Source: Schmidtea polychroa (lineage: Eukaryota). Taken from it: a DNA stretch of 64,000 nt. The notes under the pieces were generated by a model, which worked only from the letters and a program-made list of their open reading frames with translations, was not told the origin of the DNA and made no database searches. The DNA is taken from the NCBI GenBank assembly GCA_044892525.1, contig CM097885.1, forward strand, positions 28,212,001 through 28,276,000. The letters are read 5' to 3'. This document shows positions 42,445 to 56,971 of the stretch, piece after piece (positions within the stretch are counted from its first letter, which is position 1; every line of letters starts with the position of its first letter). The translations under genes were made by a program, and so were the position numbers.

Positions 42445-42978
42445 TTATGATTGATTTCCTACAACTCCACCTAATAATGATAATGCCAGAGGTATTAATG
42501 CACCAATAAATCCACCTTGTTGTTTATATATAATTTTTCTCATTTGCTTACGATTTTTATTATTTACTAAAGATAACAATGGTTTCCTATGTTTGCTCAA
42601 TAAATGCTTTTTTGATTTACTGATTTTAATTTTGCCTTTGACTACTTTAAGTATAATATTGAGTAAATCATCGACAACAAAATTTGGGAATGATTGCAAT
42701 ATATTCATTCTTTTCATACTCGGGGCCTTTAACAATGCATTAAAAAATGGAAAACTGCGATGATTTTTAACTACTTTTTTACCGGTTTTACGGGTTTTAC
42801 GGGTTTTACGTTTAGGTTTAGGATTTTTCGAAATAAGATTCATTGCAGAGAAATTTTCAGTTACAAGTTTTTTAGATGGTGTATAACTAGTTGTTGGTGG
42901 AACTTTTGGAACTTTAATAGTCTTTCTAATACCTTTTCTTAATTTCCTAATATTTTTCACCCTTGCTTTTAGAAACAT
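42445..42978 (-). CDS. Basic core protein, adenovirus pX/Mu-like
   Basis: Lys/Arg-rich body ending QQGGFIGALIPLALSLLGG, resembling the pX cleavage site and hydrophobic tail. Confidence 0.75.
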   Translation of the reverse strand: MFLKARVKNIRKLRKGIRKTIKVPKVPPTTSYTPSKKLVTENFSAMNLISKNPKPKRKTRKTRKTGKKVVKNHRSFPFFNALLKAPSMKRMNILQSFPNFVVDDLLNIILKVVKGKIKISKSKKHLLSKHRKPLLSLVNNKNRKQMRKIIYKQQGGFIGALIPLALSLLGGVVGNQS

Positions 42979-42996
42979 TATTATTCATAGAGGTTT

Positions 42997-43623
42997 TCAA
43001 CTTTGTTTATAAACCATGGCACCTTTTGGGTTGAAAATATCTGTTTTTACACGTAAATCATCGGGACATTGTTGTGTGAAATCAAGAAATATATATCCAT
43101 GAGGTATTTTTGTAGCATCTTGAAATGCACTGATAAGAAAATTACGATTGTTAGGGTATGCTTGACGTGCAAGAAAATCAATCACTGTTGCATCTCTAGG
43201 ATTCTTGAAAATGACTAAATACTGTACATTTAAATTACGTGTTCGATGTGCCCCACCTTGATGAAATAGATTTTGAGTTATGAAAATAACTGTTACACCG
43301 ACATGTCTGCTGATCTTTGTAAATAAATTATTAAAATCTTTTTCTTTATTAGCTTCTTGATACAAATCATCGATAATAATGACATCACCTTTCTTTAATC
43401 GGCTGGACCAGTTTTTATCGAATCCCTTTACTATTTTCATGTTTTTTAATTTACAGAAACTTGATTGAGTTAATCCATGTTCTTCATCAGCACCCCTATG
43501 CCAATAAATCCTGTTGAATTTTGATTTGAATAAATTTGATTTTAGTAATTTACAAACAAATAATGTTTTTCCACTACCACTCGGACCAACGATTTGGTAT
43601 ACTGCATCATTTCTTAATTCCAT
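42997..43623 (-). CDS. Packaging ATPase
   Basis: GPSGSGKT, IIIDDL. Confidence 0.93.
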   Translation of the reverse strand: MELRNDAVYQIVGPSGSGKTLFVCKLLKSNLFKSKFNRIYWHRGADEEHGLTQSSFCKLKNMKIVKGFDKNWSSRLKKGDVIIIDDLYQEANKEKDFNNLFTKISRHVGVTVIFITQNLFHQGGAHRTRNLNVQYLVIFKNPRDATVIDFLARQAYPNNRNFLISAFQDATKIPHGYIFLDFTQQCPDDLRVKTDIFNPKGAMVYKQS

Positions 43624-43722
43624 TTCAAAGATTTTATAAATGTGTATTTGTTTATATTCGATGATTTAATGAACTCATGCTCAATTTGTATATAAAGACT
43701 AATTTTCATAAATGATTTAATA

Positions 43723-44160
43723 ATGTTAGCAAATATAAATTATCGAGGAAATTTTGATGTATCGAATATGAGGTTCCCACCAGGGAAACCTCAGCAAATT
43801 ATCGATAGAAGCGGGAAATATCCGATAATATTTTTCAAGACTGGTAAATGCCGAATCATGGGATGTAAGAAACCTTTGGATATTAATAAATTACAATATC
43901 GAATAAATAATATTAAAATCCAATCAATTACCGTTACTATGGATATGGGACATAGTATCAATCTATATAACATGTCGAAAAAATGTGATTGTATGTTTGA
44001 ACCGGAATTGTTTCCGGCACTAAGACTAATAAAATATAACCCTATATGTGTCAACGTGTTTGCTAGTGGAAAGGTTGTCATGTTGGGGTTGAGAAATTTG
44101 GAGTATAGAGAATTTGTTGACAATGTTCGAAATGAGATAATTTCATTGGTCGATTTTTAA
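43723..44160 (+). CDS. TBP-like protein
   Basis: FFKTGKCRIMGCK; IQSITVT; FEPELFPAL..VFASGKVVMLG. Confidence 0.88.
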   Translation: MLANINYRGNFDVSNMRFPPGKPQQIIDRSGKYPIIFFKTGKCRIMGCKKPLDINKLQYRINNIKIQSITVTMDMGHSINLYNMSKKCDCMFEPELFPALRLIKYNPICVNVFASGKVVMLGLRNLEYREFVDNVRNEIISLVDF

Positions 44161-44231
44161 TTGGTTAATTTCTAATTGGTTATTGATTGATTTAAACAAA
44201 CGGTTTTTTGTTTAGAATTCATTTTTTCACT

Positions 44232-44649
44232 ATGTACAAAATACCAAGCTCTGCAACCCTCATGAAGGATATTGACGATTCCGGTAAATTTAAAATTTTT
44301 ATTTTCACATTATTTACTATTTATTATTTTAGAAAAATATATCAAAGTTATGATCAACAGGATAAAATATTATTATCCGCAAATCAATGAAATTATCAAG
44401 GATAGAGAAGCAGAAATAATTCCAGACCTCATTTTCTACACAACACAAATTAGAATAATGGAGGTATTTCACCAGTTCTTGTGGGATCTTAAGATAAACA
44501 GAAGCATCAAACAAATGGAGCCAGAGTACCAGTGCATCATCGGATGCTCATGCTGTGCCGATCGATATCGGCGATATGTCGAATGGGAGTTAGTGAAAAC
44601 TCTGCGAAGGTTTCACTACTCCCGGATTGTAGATCTTGGATATGAATAA
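44232..44649 (+). CDS. Unknown protein with CxxGCSCC motif; intron 44284-44332
   Basis: Homolog of 14683-15092. Confidence 0.75.
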
Positions 44650-45071
44650 ATGTATTTTTGTATCTGTTGTGTTTTTTATATTTGAAATAGTAATAAATAA
44701 TAGTAATAATAATAATATTAATAATAATAATAGAAATAATAATAGAAATAATAATAGTAATAATAGAAATATGAATAGTAATAATAATAGAAATAATAGT
44801 AAAAAAAAAACATTAATAATAATAATGAAACACCTTATTAATAAATCTGTAAATAGAACATATAACAAAACATGTAATAATTAAAACATTAATAATAAAA
44901 CACATAAATAATAAATCTGTAAATAGAACATATAACAAAACATGTGACAATGCAACATCAATGCATTTTGAATGCAATTTGAAACAAAGACATGCTGTAA
45001 TCTGATTGGTTGATAGACATGAGTCAAAGGTATAAAAACCCTGTAACATTTCAATTTATTCATTATTCACG

Positions 45072-45482
45072 ATGACCAAGAAAATTTCAAGCACCGAAAA
45101 ACCAAAAGAAATGGTACAACCAGTTCAAATGTTCCACAACTACAAAATGTATTTTTTGAAAGAAGAAATCAATATGAAATTGGTTGCACCAGTCAAGCTA
45201 ATTCCAACTAAATTCGAATTCTTATCCGGCACGCTTTCAATGATTGATGTCAAAACTATTGATGATGTTTTTAAACGGATAGATTCGAATCTATCGTGTA
45301 ATCAACATGCATGGTTCAACAATAGATATGCAAGATTTTATGATGCTTTTGATGAAATCAGTTTCAAAGAAAATGAAAATTGGTATATAACAATAGCAAT
45401 CCAGGGATATAAAGTTGATAATAATGATGTATATTCTCCTATTTGGAAAATTATGTCTGCTAGACTTTCACAAATATTTTAA
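45072..45482 (+). CDS. Unknown conserved protein (possible OB-fold SSB)
   Basis: Homolog of 15366-15785. Confidence 0.75.
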   Translation: MTKKISSTEKPKEMVQPVQMFHNYKMYFLKEEINMKLVAPVKLIPTKFEFLSGTLSMIDVKTIDDVFKRIDSNLSCNQHAWFNNRYARFYDAFDEISFKENENWYITIAIQGYKVDNNDVYSPIWKIMSARLSQIF

Positions 45483-45608
45483 TGTTATATTTAATAAATG
45501 TATTAGTCAGATTTGTTTTTCTCTTTATTAATTGCAACATAAATGCAAATGACATGCAAATTTAACAAAGAAAATCTATAAACAAAATTATAATATAGTT
45601 TTAAAGTG

Positions 45609-46006
45609 ATGAAAATGACTGCAGAAAAAGGTTAACATGATTAATTAATTACCGAATTATTTATTATTTAGAATTTTTAATCAACTTTTTGTTGGAAAAG
45701 TTAGCAGAAATATCTGGTGTGAAAATGGAGGATATATTATCTATTACAAATGCCTTAAATATCGGCTGGTTAGTTGAGAGTCAAGATACAGGATTTGATG
45801 ATGAGGAAGAAACTCAAGAAATTGATGAGGAAGAAACACAAGAGGAAATGTATGAACCTATAGAGGAACCTATAGAGGAACCTATAGAGGAACCTAAAGA
45901 TGAATCTAAAGATGAATCTAAAGATAATATTACGAATGATTGTATTGATCATGTCGTTGAAAATATAATGAAATGTGGAGATGACGACTGCGAATGTGTT
46001 AATTAA
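45609..46006 (+). CDS. Unknown acidic protein; intron 45631-45671
   Basis: Homolog of 15919-16253 with expanded EPIE/KDES repeats. Confidence 0.7.
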
Positions 46007-46074
46007 TAAATCTTAGTGTTTGTAAATTTATTTAAAATTTTATTTAAAAATCAAACAAAATAACTATATAAATT

Positions 46075-46589
46075 TTATTTAAAAAAACGACATAAAACAT
46101 ATAAAATAGCAACACCTGTTGCAAGTTTTAAATAGTTTTTAAATTGGATTTTTTGCTGATCTAATTCTTTTGCATTTCTGGCGAGTCGATTCAGCACGCC
46201 CCATCCGCCATTGGCTTCAATCCATGGCTGAAACTTTGACTTGATTATCTAGAAAATATATATTAATAAAATATAGATTATAAAAGTATTACTTCTTGAG
46301 ACCACTGATAATAGTGCTCAGAATCCAATAGGCTTTTTTCAATTATTATCTTCATATAAGCGAACCCTACTAATATTCGGGTCCACTTCATCTCCTCGTC
46401 GCATAAGCAATTAAATATTCTATTAAAATAGAATTTCTTTGTTTCGAGGGAATCGGAATTGAGGACGTCCTCATAATCAATGTGATTACCTTCTATAATC
46501 TTTTCGGTCCGATCGACCAGGAAAATTAGGCTTTCCATAATATTCTTGTTGATGAGTTCTCTGCACATATTTTCCATTAAATTAGACAT
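46075..46589 (-). CDS. Bcl-2 family protein; intron 46249-46292
   Basis: KWTRILVGF (BH1-like), WIEANGGW (BH2), tail LATGVAILYVLCRFFK. Confidence 0.85.
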
Positions 46590-47149
46590 TTTTTTACAAT
46601 ATTTTAAAATATGATGTTTTATTTATACTAATACCGGATGATTTTGATTGGTTGATAGACTATAAATGTAAAAGAAAGGTTTTGATTTGATACACCATGA
46701 AAACTATATTCATATTGCTAATTATTATAACGAGTGTGTGCTCACACAATACAACAATAACAGTGGAGTCTTTTAATAAATCAATATGTGTTTGTCCGAA
46801 TACAGCCAAGTTGATGGATATTTTATATATTCTCGACAAACCAAAATGGTCAAAGCATCCAGGAAAAAGAATATCTCAAAGATTGGAGAATTTAGAAAAC
46901 AGTTATGAACTATCATTTGAATATATACAAAATATAAAATTTGAATTGATTGATCATATTAAGGTTTTCAATAACTCTATTGTTGAAAATAAAATGAATA
47001 TGAAAATAATTGATAAGAAGCATGATTATTTGTTAAAAAAGATTGAATTATTATTAAGAGAAATTCAAACAATCAAAGGATCAATAGAATCTCTGAAAAT
47101 CAATTCAACGTTACCAATTTCTAACAATATTGCTGCGAATAGTACATCA

Positions 47150-48618
<1,469 letters not shown>

Positions 48619-48779
48619 CTCAATCAATGTAAATTGCTCTTTTTTTAAACAAACTAATTCATTAATTTTTTTAAAATTAATTTCGCTAAAAATTTACAAA
48701 ATTCTGTATTTTTCAAAAAAAATTATAACACTTTTAAAACTCACAAAAAACTCAAACAAGATTTTAATAAATTTTCCAC

Positions 48780-49130
48780 AAAATTTTGTTTACTAATATT
48801 AATCAATTGCTTCAATCGATAGTGATCAGGAACTTGAAAACGGAGATGACGGACAGTCATTCCAATGTATGTGGCATTGTACCCATGACATAAATATTCA
48901 TAACCAAGTTCCGAAAACCATCTAAGTAAGAATTGAAATACACTAATAAACACGAAGTTAAAAAACAGGAATTAGATACCACCTTCCAACGTTGAAATGT
49001 AAACCTAAACAAAAAACTGTGCTTGCTGATATAAATATATATTTTTCTTTCATTAATTTTCTACATCTCTTCGTCAATTCCAAAGTGCTTCTATTGAGTA
49101 TCGGAAGAATCAAAGAGTAACTTTCCAATT
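48780..49130 (-). pseudogene. Penelope-like GIY-YIG endonuclease remnant
   Basis: YEYLC....TYIGMTVRHL..Q..DH resembles the GIY-YIG motif. Confidence 0.5.
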
Positions 49131-49155
49131 TATTATAACAATCGCTAAAAGCACT

Positions 49156-49243
<88 letters not shown>

Positions 49244-50688
49244 CTACAATTACTACAATATATTTCGACATGAATATTTGATTAATAGAAAAATAGATTT
49301 AATGAATATTTGACCAATAATGAAACGTGAATATAAAAATATATCAAAAGAATTTTACAAATGCTGGAGAAAATTAACAAAAAAATTTCAAAAGAGAATT
49401 TCAAAAGTGAAAATATTATTATTAATAAACAAATAATCATGTAAATAATTATTTATTAAAAATAAACAACCTATAAATAAGGATTTTGCTGGAATAAATA
49501 AAATAACAAGATTGCTATTAGATTAGAAATATTATGTTTTAAAAATTATGAAAAATAATAAGAAAATTATTAATAAAATATTTTGCTTTTATTCTATAAG
49601 CGAAGAAATAGCACAAATTCATTAAGAAATTTGATATATATCTTTGTTAAACATGAATTTTTTTGATAAATTTAAAATGAATTAATGATAAAATTTTAAG
49701 AAGTTAGTTGATATTGATAAATTTCTTGAATAAAATTTAAATTTATTAATTTTAGAAAAAAATTGTTTATTTCAAAATTGTATACATTTTGATTTTTGTG
49801 CATAGCAAAACAATGCATGACAAAATATTACATAACAAAATAGTGAATGATAAAAATTAGTGCGTGTGCTGGAAGATGGGAGAACAACGAAGACTATAAA
49901 TTTAAAATATTATATAATAAAATCCAATAATTACAAGATCAATTTACACATAGTAAAGGATGATGACTAATTATAACCTATTCAAGATTCTGATAGTCTC
50001 AATTTTATTGAATTAAGAATTGATTTAAATTGATTTATTTTATTAATTAATTTTGTGTTTAGTTTATTATGTTGAATAATTTGTTATTATTTTATAATGT
50101 TGTTCCTTTTTTAATAGGAAAGATGAATAAAAGGGAACTGACCCATACATATTATCATTAACTAAATTAATTTTAATTTCAACGCCATCTAGGGGCTAAA
50201 AGTTTATTTTTAGACCCTTAGCGTCATAAAAAATCATTTTAAAAAAGAAAAATAATTTCTTAAAATACAATTTTATGTAACAAATATTAAAAGTACTTAA
50301 AGTGCAAAAAATATAATAATAGTAATAATGGCGGTAGCAGCGATGAATATAATAGTTGTAGTAATAGTGGTAATTGGGACATTAATGATTAGTAAATTTT
50401 GGTAATAAATAAAATGCAATTATAAGTAATGATTTAAACAAAAATAATTATATGATAAAACTATTATAATGATGTCTAAATAATAGACCTCTACATTTCT
50501 AAACTCGGAATGCTGGAAACCACGATTACCATTAAAATAGCAATTGAACTTTAAAAAATCGGAAATAGTTTCTAAATAAACAAACGATATTGACAAATAA
50601 CAATCACTTAGAATTAAGAGCAACAAAATTTAGTATATAACCTGAGGGAATGCTCAAATTACAATACAAGGTACTCAAAACATATATA

Positions 50689-51536
50689 TGTTACCGTTAA
50701 AGTATGAAATCCGTTATATCATAGAATACCTAGTTATTCCATGATATAACTGATCGTGTCCGCTAAAGTGTAAAACTCTCTTGTATTTCATAGTTTAACT
50801 AGTTATTTCATAGAATAACGATCTGCAGCCCGTTAAGGTGTAAAATAATCTATATCACATATCTCGCTATTACAGGCCATATGGAGAGAATTTGTTTAAT
50901 GTGTTAACGCCAGTTGATTCCGGTTAATTGATTGCTTGCACGCTGTGAAGCCTCTGTGGGGTTTACCGTCCGTATCCCAGAGCCTGAAGTTGACAGAGGA
51001 ATAGGTGATGCCAAATCTATTTTAGCTATCACCATAAAAATAACTGAAGAAGGATTTTTCCAATTGGGCACAAGAAACGGCCGCATAAAACAACTATATT
51101 CCCGACCCCAGTTCAGTGTCTGCGAACAAAAATTAATTAAAATCGAAGAAGTAATGGATGTAGAAATATCGCTCCGTTCGGTTGCTACAGCTGAAAGTTT
51201 AGGTACTGGTCAGGGATTTAAAAAATGTTTTTGTTTTAGAAATAATGTTCTTTGTAATTCCAAGTGTCATTTTAGTAATCCTTGTTGTATTAAATGATTT
51301 TATGGTACGTTTCCATAAATACCATTTATACGCTGCATAAATTAAATAAATTGCTTCTTTTTCATTTTAATTGTCTATCATTAGTTTATTTATAGAATAC
51401 CTAGTTATTTCATAGAATAACTAGTTAAAGTGTCAAATTATTAACATATTACACATTTTAATGGACACCATCAGTTATTTCATGGAATAACTAGGTATTC
51501 TATGAAATAACTGCATTATATACTTTAACGGTAACT
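50689..51536 (+). mobile_element. Non-autonomous Ginger-like DNA transposon with integrase C-terminal remnant
   Basis: TIR TGTTACCGTTAAAGTAT / ATACTTTAACGGTAAC, subterminal TAGTTATTTCATAGAATA repeats; ORF 50932-51297 with GQGFKKC..CNSKCH (KRBA2/SCAND3-like tail). Confidence 0.65.
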
Positions 51537-51539
51537 TTG

Positions 51540-51798
51540 GAATGTTCTGTGTTTCGCCTATGTAAGATGCGTCGCATCTTGTGCAAGTGATTTGATATAC
51601 AATGTCTTTTGAGAAACAAAAACATTTGATGGAGGATTGGCATATACAATCTTGATGAAATAGGTCGGATATTAGAGATTTTTGAGGCTTATGAAGCTGT
51701 GATTTCAAAGGTGAAGCGGTTGTAAAAATTGGGTGAATATGTACTGGTAACTCCATATTGTGAATGTAAGATCTGATTATATTTTTTAAGCTAGACAA
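51540..51798 (-). pseudogene. Penelope-like GIY-YIG fragment
   Basis: IVYQITCTRCDASYIGET, truncated at the adjacent Ginger-like element. Confidence 0.65.
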
Positions 51799-53392
51799 AA
51801 AAGCAAATTTAATTTATTCAATTTAATTTTAAAAATTATTTATTTTATTCATTGAAACAAAAAATATTCTTGAAGTCTTTTCTTTGATAAAAATAGGGGA
51901 AAAATAAAACAAAGCGATAAATTTTAAAAATTCAAAAATGCATAAAATATTTCGATGAAAATATTTAACATTAGTTAATATTTATAAAAAAATTCAAATT
52001 CAAATTTGAAGTTAATTTTTAAAGTACAATTATTGAAAACTACCATCGAAATAATCCACTAAATTCTACTTTATTTATGGTCTATAACAGCGTTTCCTAA
52101 ATTATTTTTACCGAGGAACCCTTATTTGTTTAATAGGTTTTTCAGAACTCTTTCTTACTAAAAATTTTAAAAATAATAATGTAATTTAATTTAAGAATTT
52201 TAATATAAAATATTTTTCTAAACTTGAAAATAACTTGTCAATATTGGAATTATTTATAAAAAATATAATTCAAATAAATAATTATGTAAGTCATTTACGT
52301 AATATTTATTCATAAAATGAAATATTTCACCCAAAATAGATCCTGTTTAACAAAATCTTTTCTCTATCTCTTATTCTCTAAGTGAATCTTTCTTTCCGAT
52401 TTCTAGTTTTTCCTCGAGAGAAAATAAATTATTTTCTATAATTAATATATTAAAAATTACTTTCCATGTTAAAAAATATATAATTAATTCTTTTTATTAT
52501 TCAAAATTCGTATTTTGTTTTTATCCTAATTAGTCCAATCATTCTCAGTGAGCCACAGAAGAATTTCAAATTTTGTAAAATATATTAAAATATTATGAAA
52601 AATATAAACTATTTCTTACATTTTATATTTTCAACTGATTTCATTACTTGAATTATTAAAAATTAAATTAATTAAAAAAATTATTTTAATAATTTTAGTT
52701 TGTTTATAAAAATGAATATTTTAATTTTCTAACATTTCAGTAATACAAATTAATATATTAAATTTAATGAAATGCAAAATCTATTTTGTGTTTATTATTT
52801 CACTCGACAAAATTCTCAATAGGAAAATTAATTTACATACATAATTTTAAAAAATCACTAGCATTAAATAATTATAGAAATTTTAAAATTTTATTTTTTA
52901 AAATTGATTATATTAGACATTAAAATTTCATTTATTAACCATTTTTTTAAATAAATAATTAAACATACATAGCAACGATTTAATTATAGGACAGCGCTGC
53001 TCGAATATTTGTTTTACAATATACTTTTGAAAGATTTTATGAACAAATTTATTAATTATATCTTTTTGATTGAAAATATTTTTAAATTTAAATAATAAAT
53101 AAGTTTTTTAATTTGTAAAAAATATATCAAAATATTTAAAAATATTTAATTATAATTTTATCTTAGTATTTTTTATTAAAATTTAAAACTTTTAAAAACT
53201 GAAATTTAATAATTATTTAATTTAATAATTTAATACATTCAAAACAACAACAATCCATACAAAATTAAATAAATAATACTTTTTATATTCAATTAAGTTG
53301 TTTTAAATTTTTATCCAATCAAATATTCAGAAAATAAATATTAATAAAAATTGTCTGTATTTCAAAACAATTATTAAATTTAAGCAAAGAAA

Positions 53393-54238
53393 ATGATAAT
53401 TACTGAAAATTATAAATTGATTAGAATTCTTCAACAAAGTGAAAAAAGCATAATTTATGTTGCTAAAAACAATTCAGACAAAAATATAAGTCATAAAACT
53501 GTTGTTATTAAGAGCTTCTCCAAACTAGAATTAAATTTATTTATTATAGATAAAAAAAATTCAACCAAAATACCCAAAGAACAATTTTTTATCAACTTAA
53601 TTAATGATAAAAATATCTGTCCGGAAATTCTCGATTCTTTTCAAAATGAAAAAGAATTTGCGCTCGTTATGGAAAATCTGGGCGGTAATTGGATGGATTT
53701 GTTTGAATTTATTGTTATTAAAACACCGAATGAAATAGCTGCAAAGATAATTGTAAAAAATGTCATGAAACATTTAAACAAATTAATTAGCAAAGGAATT
53801 TACCACTTAGACATTAAGCCTGAAAATATTATGATAAATCAAACAACTTATCAAGTAAAATTGATAGATTTTGAAAATGCCCTTCAAGAAAAACATGTAA
53901 AAAATCCTACAAATTTTAGATTTGTCGGCACCATTGGTTATTCCAGTTACGAAGCTGTTAAAAATGAGACTTATGATGTCAAAAAAAATATGGTATTTGA
54001 AATCGGATGTTTAATTTATAGTTTAATCGAAGGAAATTGCCTTTTTAATACTCTAAAAGATTACGATCAAGTTAATCCCATTTACTATTATAAATGTTCT
54101 TCGAGTGCTGGAGATTTAATCGAAAAATGTGTAACTTTCAATTCAGATGATAGAATAAAATTAACAAACATTTTAAAACACAAATGGATTCAGAAAAAAT
54201 CTCTAAGTCAAAGGTTTTTCAGTTATTTTCGTAAATAA
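53393..54238 (+). CDS. Intronless divergent Ser/Thr kinase (PIM-like), paralog of 1011-1817
   Basis: VVIK, HLDIKPEN, DFE, GTIGYSSYE. Confidence 0.8.
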   Translation: MIITENYKLIRILQQSEKSIIYVAKNNSDKNISHKTVVIKSFSKLELNLFIIDKKNSTKIPKEQFFINLINDKNICPEILDSFQNEKEFALVMENLGGNWMDLFEFIVIKTPNEIAAKIIVKNVMKHLNKLISKGIYHLDIKPENIMINQTTYQVKLIDFENALQEKHVKNPTNFRFVGTIGYSSYEAVKNETYDVKKNMVFEIGCLIYSLIEGNCLFNTLKDYDQVNPIYYYKCSSSAGDLIEKCVTFNSDDRIKLTNILKHKWIQKKSLSQRFFSYFRK

Positions 54239-56971
54239 ATCAATATTTTTTTATATTTTTTTTGTTTTAATTAAGTAAAATTTATTATATAAGTTTTAAT
54301 TAAATTAAAAATAGCTTGACTAAAATAATTTATTTATTGCAATTTAATTTGTAATTAGTTGTACTAATTTCATAATGTAAAATCATATGAGTAGAAATAT
54401 GAACAGGATAATTTTTTGATTTTTGATATTAATTTTAATATATAAAAAAAAACAAATAAATTTTATTCAAATTTTAGTCTGGAGGTTTATATATTTGGTA
54501 GTGCTAGAAATATTTTTCATATTTTGCTTTTATATAAAATCTAAATAATATTGTAATCTTTTCAATTACATGTCAAAACATTTGTTAGTAAATAAAATAA
54601 ATAAACATATAAACTTTGCATCTATATTAGGATGTTGAAGATAAATAATGAGTTAAAACCAAAACCAAACAATTATCAAATTCGTGACTTTTTAACTTTT
54701 TATTTTATTGAAACTCTATATTGCTAGAGTAAAAGCCAAGATAGCTTATATTAAACGCGAATTTCAACATATTTCACATCTTCATTTAATAGTACTGTTT
54801 GGTTATTATTTAACAAGTCGGTTAGTTTCTGACTCCTCGTGTATTTTTTTTCAATCAAATAACTAAAACCTAACACCAAACAACTTTATTCAAACTTACA
54901 ATTATTCACAATTACAATTAGTCTCTCTATTTGCAATTTTCTTTCGTAAACAATCTATATCGTATTGTAGGTTGCGTTGTTACGTTACGTTATAATTTTA
55001 TCTCGCTTTTCTTGAATTATTTTACTCTTTGGATCTCTTTGATTTCTTAGACTCTCTCTAATTTTATTTCTTTGGCCAACAACTCTTCTCTATTCAGCTT
55101 TTCTTTTTATACTTTTCTGAAATGCATTATCAGGCATTGGATCAACATTATAGTAATTCCTTTGAGGATTAGCAATATTTACCCAATAAATTTACCCAAT
55201 ATTAAATTACCGCTATTCCTATCCTTTTGGGAATTATTGTCATTTTCCCAACGCATTGGTTACCCGTTATTTCAAATCTTCTGTGAAGGTTTATTGAAAT
55301 CCTACAATGTCATTTCTAAACGGGCGATTGTTCAAATTTGTTTCCATTTTTAATTAGTTGTGTCTCAGTGCGTTCCGGGTTTTCCTAATCGCTCGGGTTT
55401 CCCATTGACTCGGGCTTTTCATTAGCGATAAATTAATTTTTAAATTAGTTATTTTATTATAATATTTTTTAAGGATTCCGCCCTAAATTTCTATTATTGT
55501 TTCTGGATTTATCTCATGATTTCGCGTTCAACCATACCCATTTCCCCCGATATCAATTTCTACATTGTTATAAATTTTTAATTAATTTCGCACTTTTGTT
55601 ATTTCGGTGTTCTTATTGATTTGTATTCCTATTTCGTTTTATTTTGTGCCTAAACCTTGTTTGGTTTTAGCGGTGTTAAGGCTTTTCATTTTAGACATTC
55701 AGATGTTTACAATTTTATCGACATAAACCTATTATATATTTCAAAATGCGTTCTAACATATGGTATTGGCAGGCAATATATGATGTAACCGGTAAATCTA
55801 ATAATTCTGCTGTCCATAATTCAAAATAATCCACTTAATCCTTTACACCAGGAACAATTGTTTACGCGATCGAAATTCCTAATTTAACTTCTTTTCTGTT
55901 TTTGTTTTTAGCTTAACATTGAAATTATTAATTTGTATTTATTACGGAAATTGCTTACCTTTTCATAGAGGTTTTGTTTTATCTCATAATTTAATTAAAA
56001 TATAATTTTCTAATAGAAAGCTAAAGTATATATATATAGTGCATCATTAGTATCAATAATAAAGGCTGACATATCCTGAGAATCCAGACATTCAAGATAA
56101 TCAACCAATTTACTAGAGCAACCATCGAAATTTTTTATCATTATTTATTTGAGTTTTGATAATTGTAAATTGACTTACCAATTTCTTAATTCAAGTTAAA
56201 AAAGTTCTTTAAATTATCAGAATTAAAAGAAATTATTGTTTCACATGGTATACTTCCATATAATTTCGCTACATCTTTGAAAGATTTAGAAGCCAAATAC
56301 GAGGTGCCACCAATTTAGGAGGACATCTCAGGCAGTAGATATATAAACAAAAATCGATTGAATTTTAAGTTTTACATTTTAATCGAAAAAGCTTTTTTAG
56401 TTCTATAAGTAAAATTACATCTACTATATAATAATTAGACAAAAAGCATTTAAAATTATAATTTTAATAAAATAATTATTTAATATTTACTTTGTTTGAA
56501 TGTATTATTTACATTACCTTGAAAAATTTATAAATAATATTATGTAAAAAATTTCTTATGCTTTTTTTCAAACTAAACTCCAAATAAATATTTCCTAACA
56601 TTTCCATAGAGATTAGGAATTTTATTTTCAGAAAAAACACGTGCATTCAATTTGTCATGCAAAATTTTGCTCTCCTTTTCTAAATTATTCCAGTTAGTGT
56701 GCTGAATTAAAATAAACAAATTATATTTATTAGTTTATTAGTTATCGCTTTTTATTATTTTTGTAATTGACCATTTTAAACAAATGCAAAAAAATAAAGA
56801 TTTTAATTTTCGAAAAATAAACGTTTTTCTTTTGATTTTAAACAGTAAATTGAATTATTTGTTAAAAATTTTACAATTGTTGTCATTGATTTTTAGATTT
56901 TCATTGTTATTTGAAATTTATTTATTATTTAATAAAACGAATAAATTTTAATCTGTAATAAAATTGAAATA

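Noticed and set aside
54900..56000. Possible retroelement remnant
   Set aside because: Strand-biased composition, but no motif I could identify
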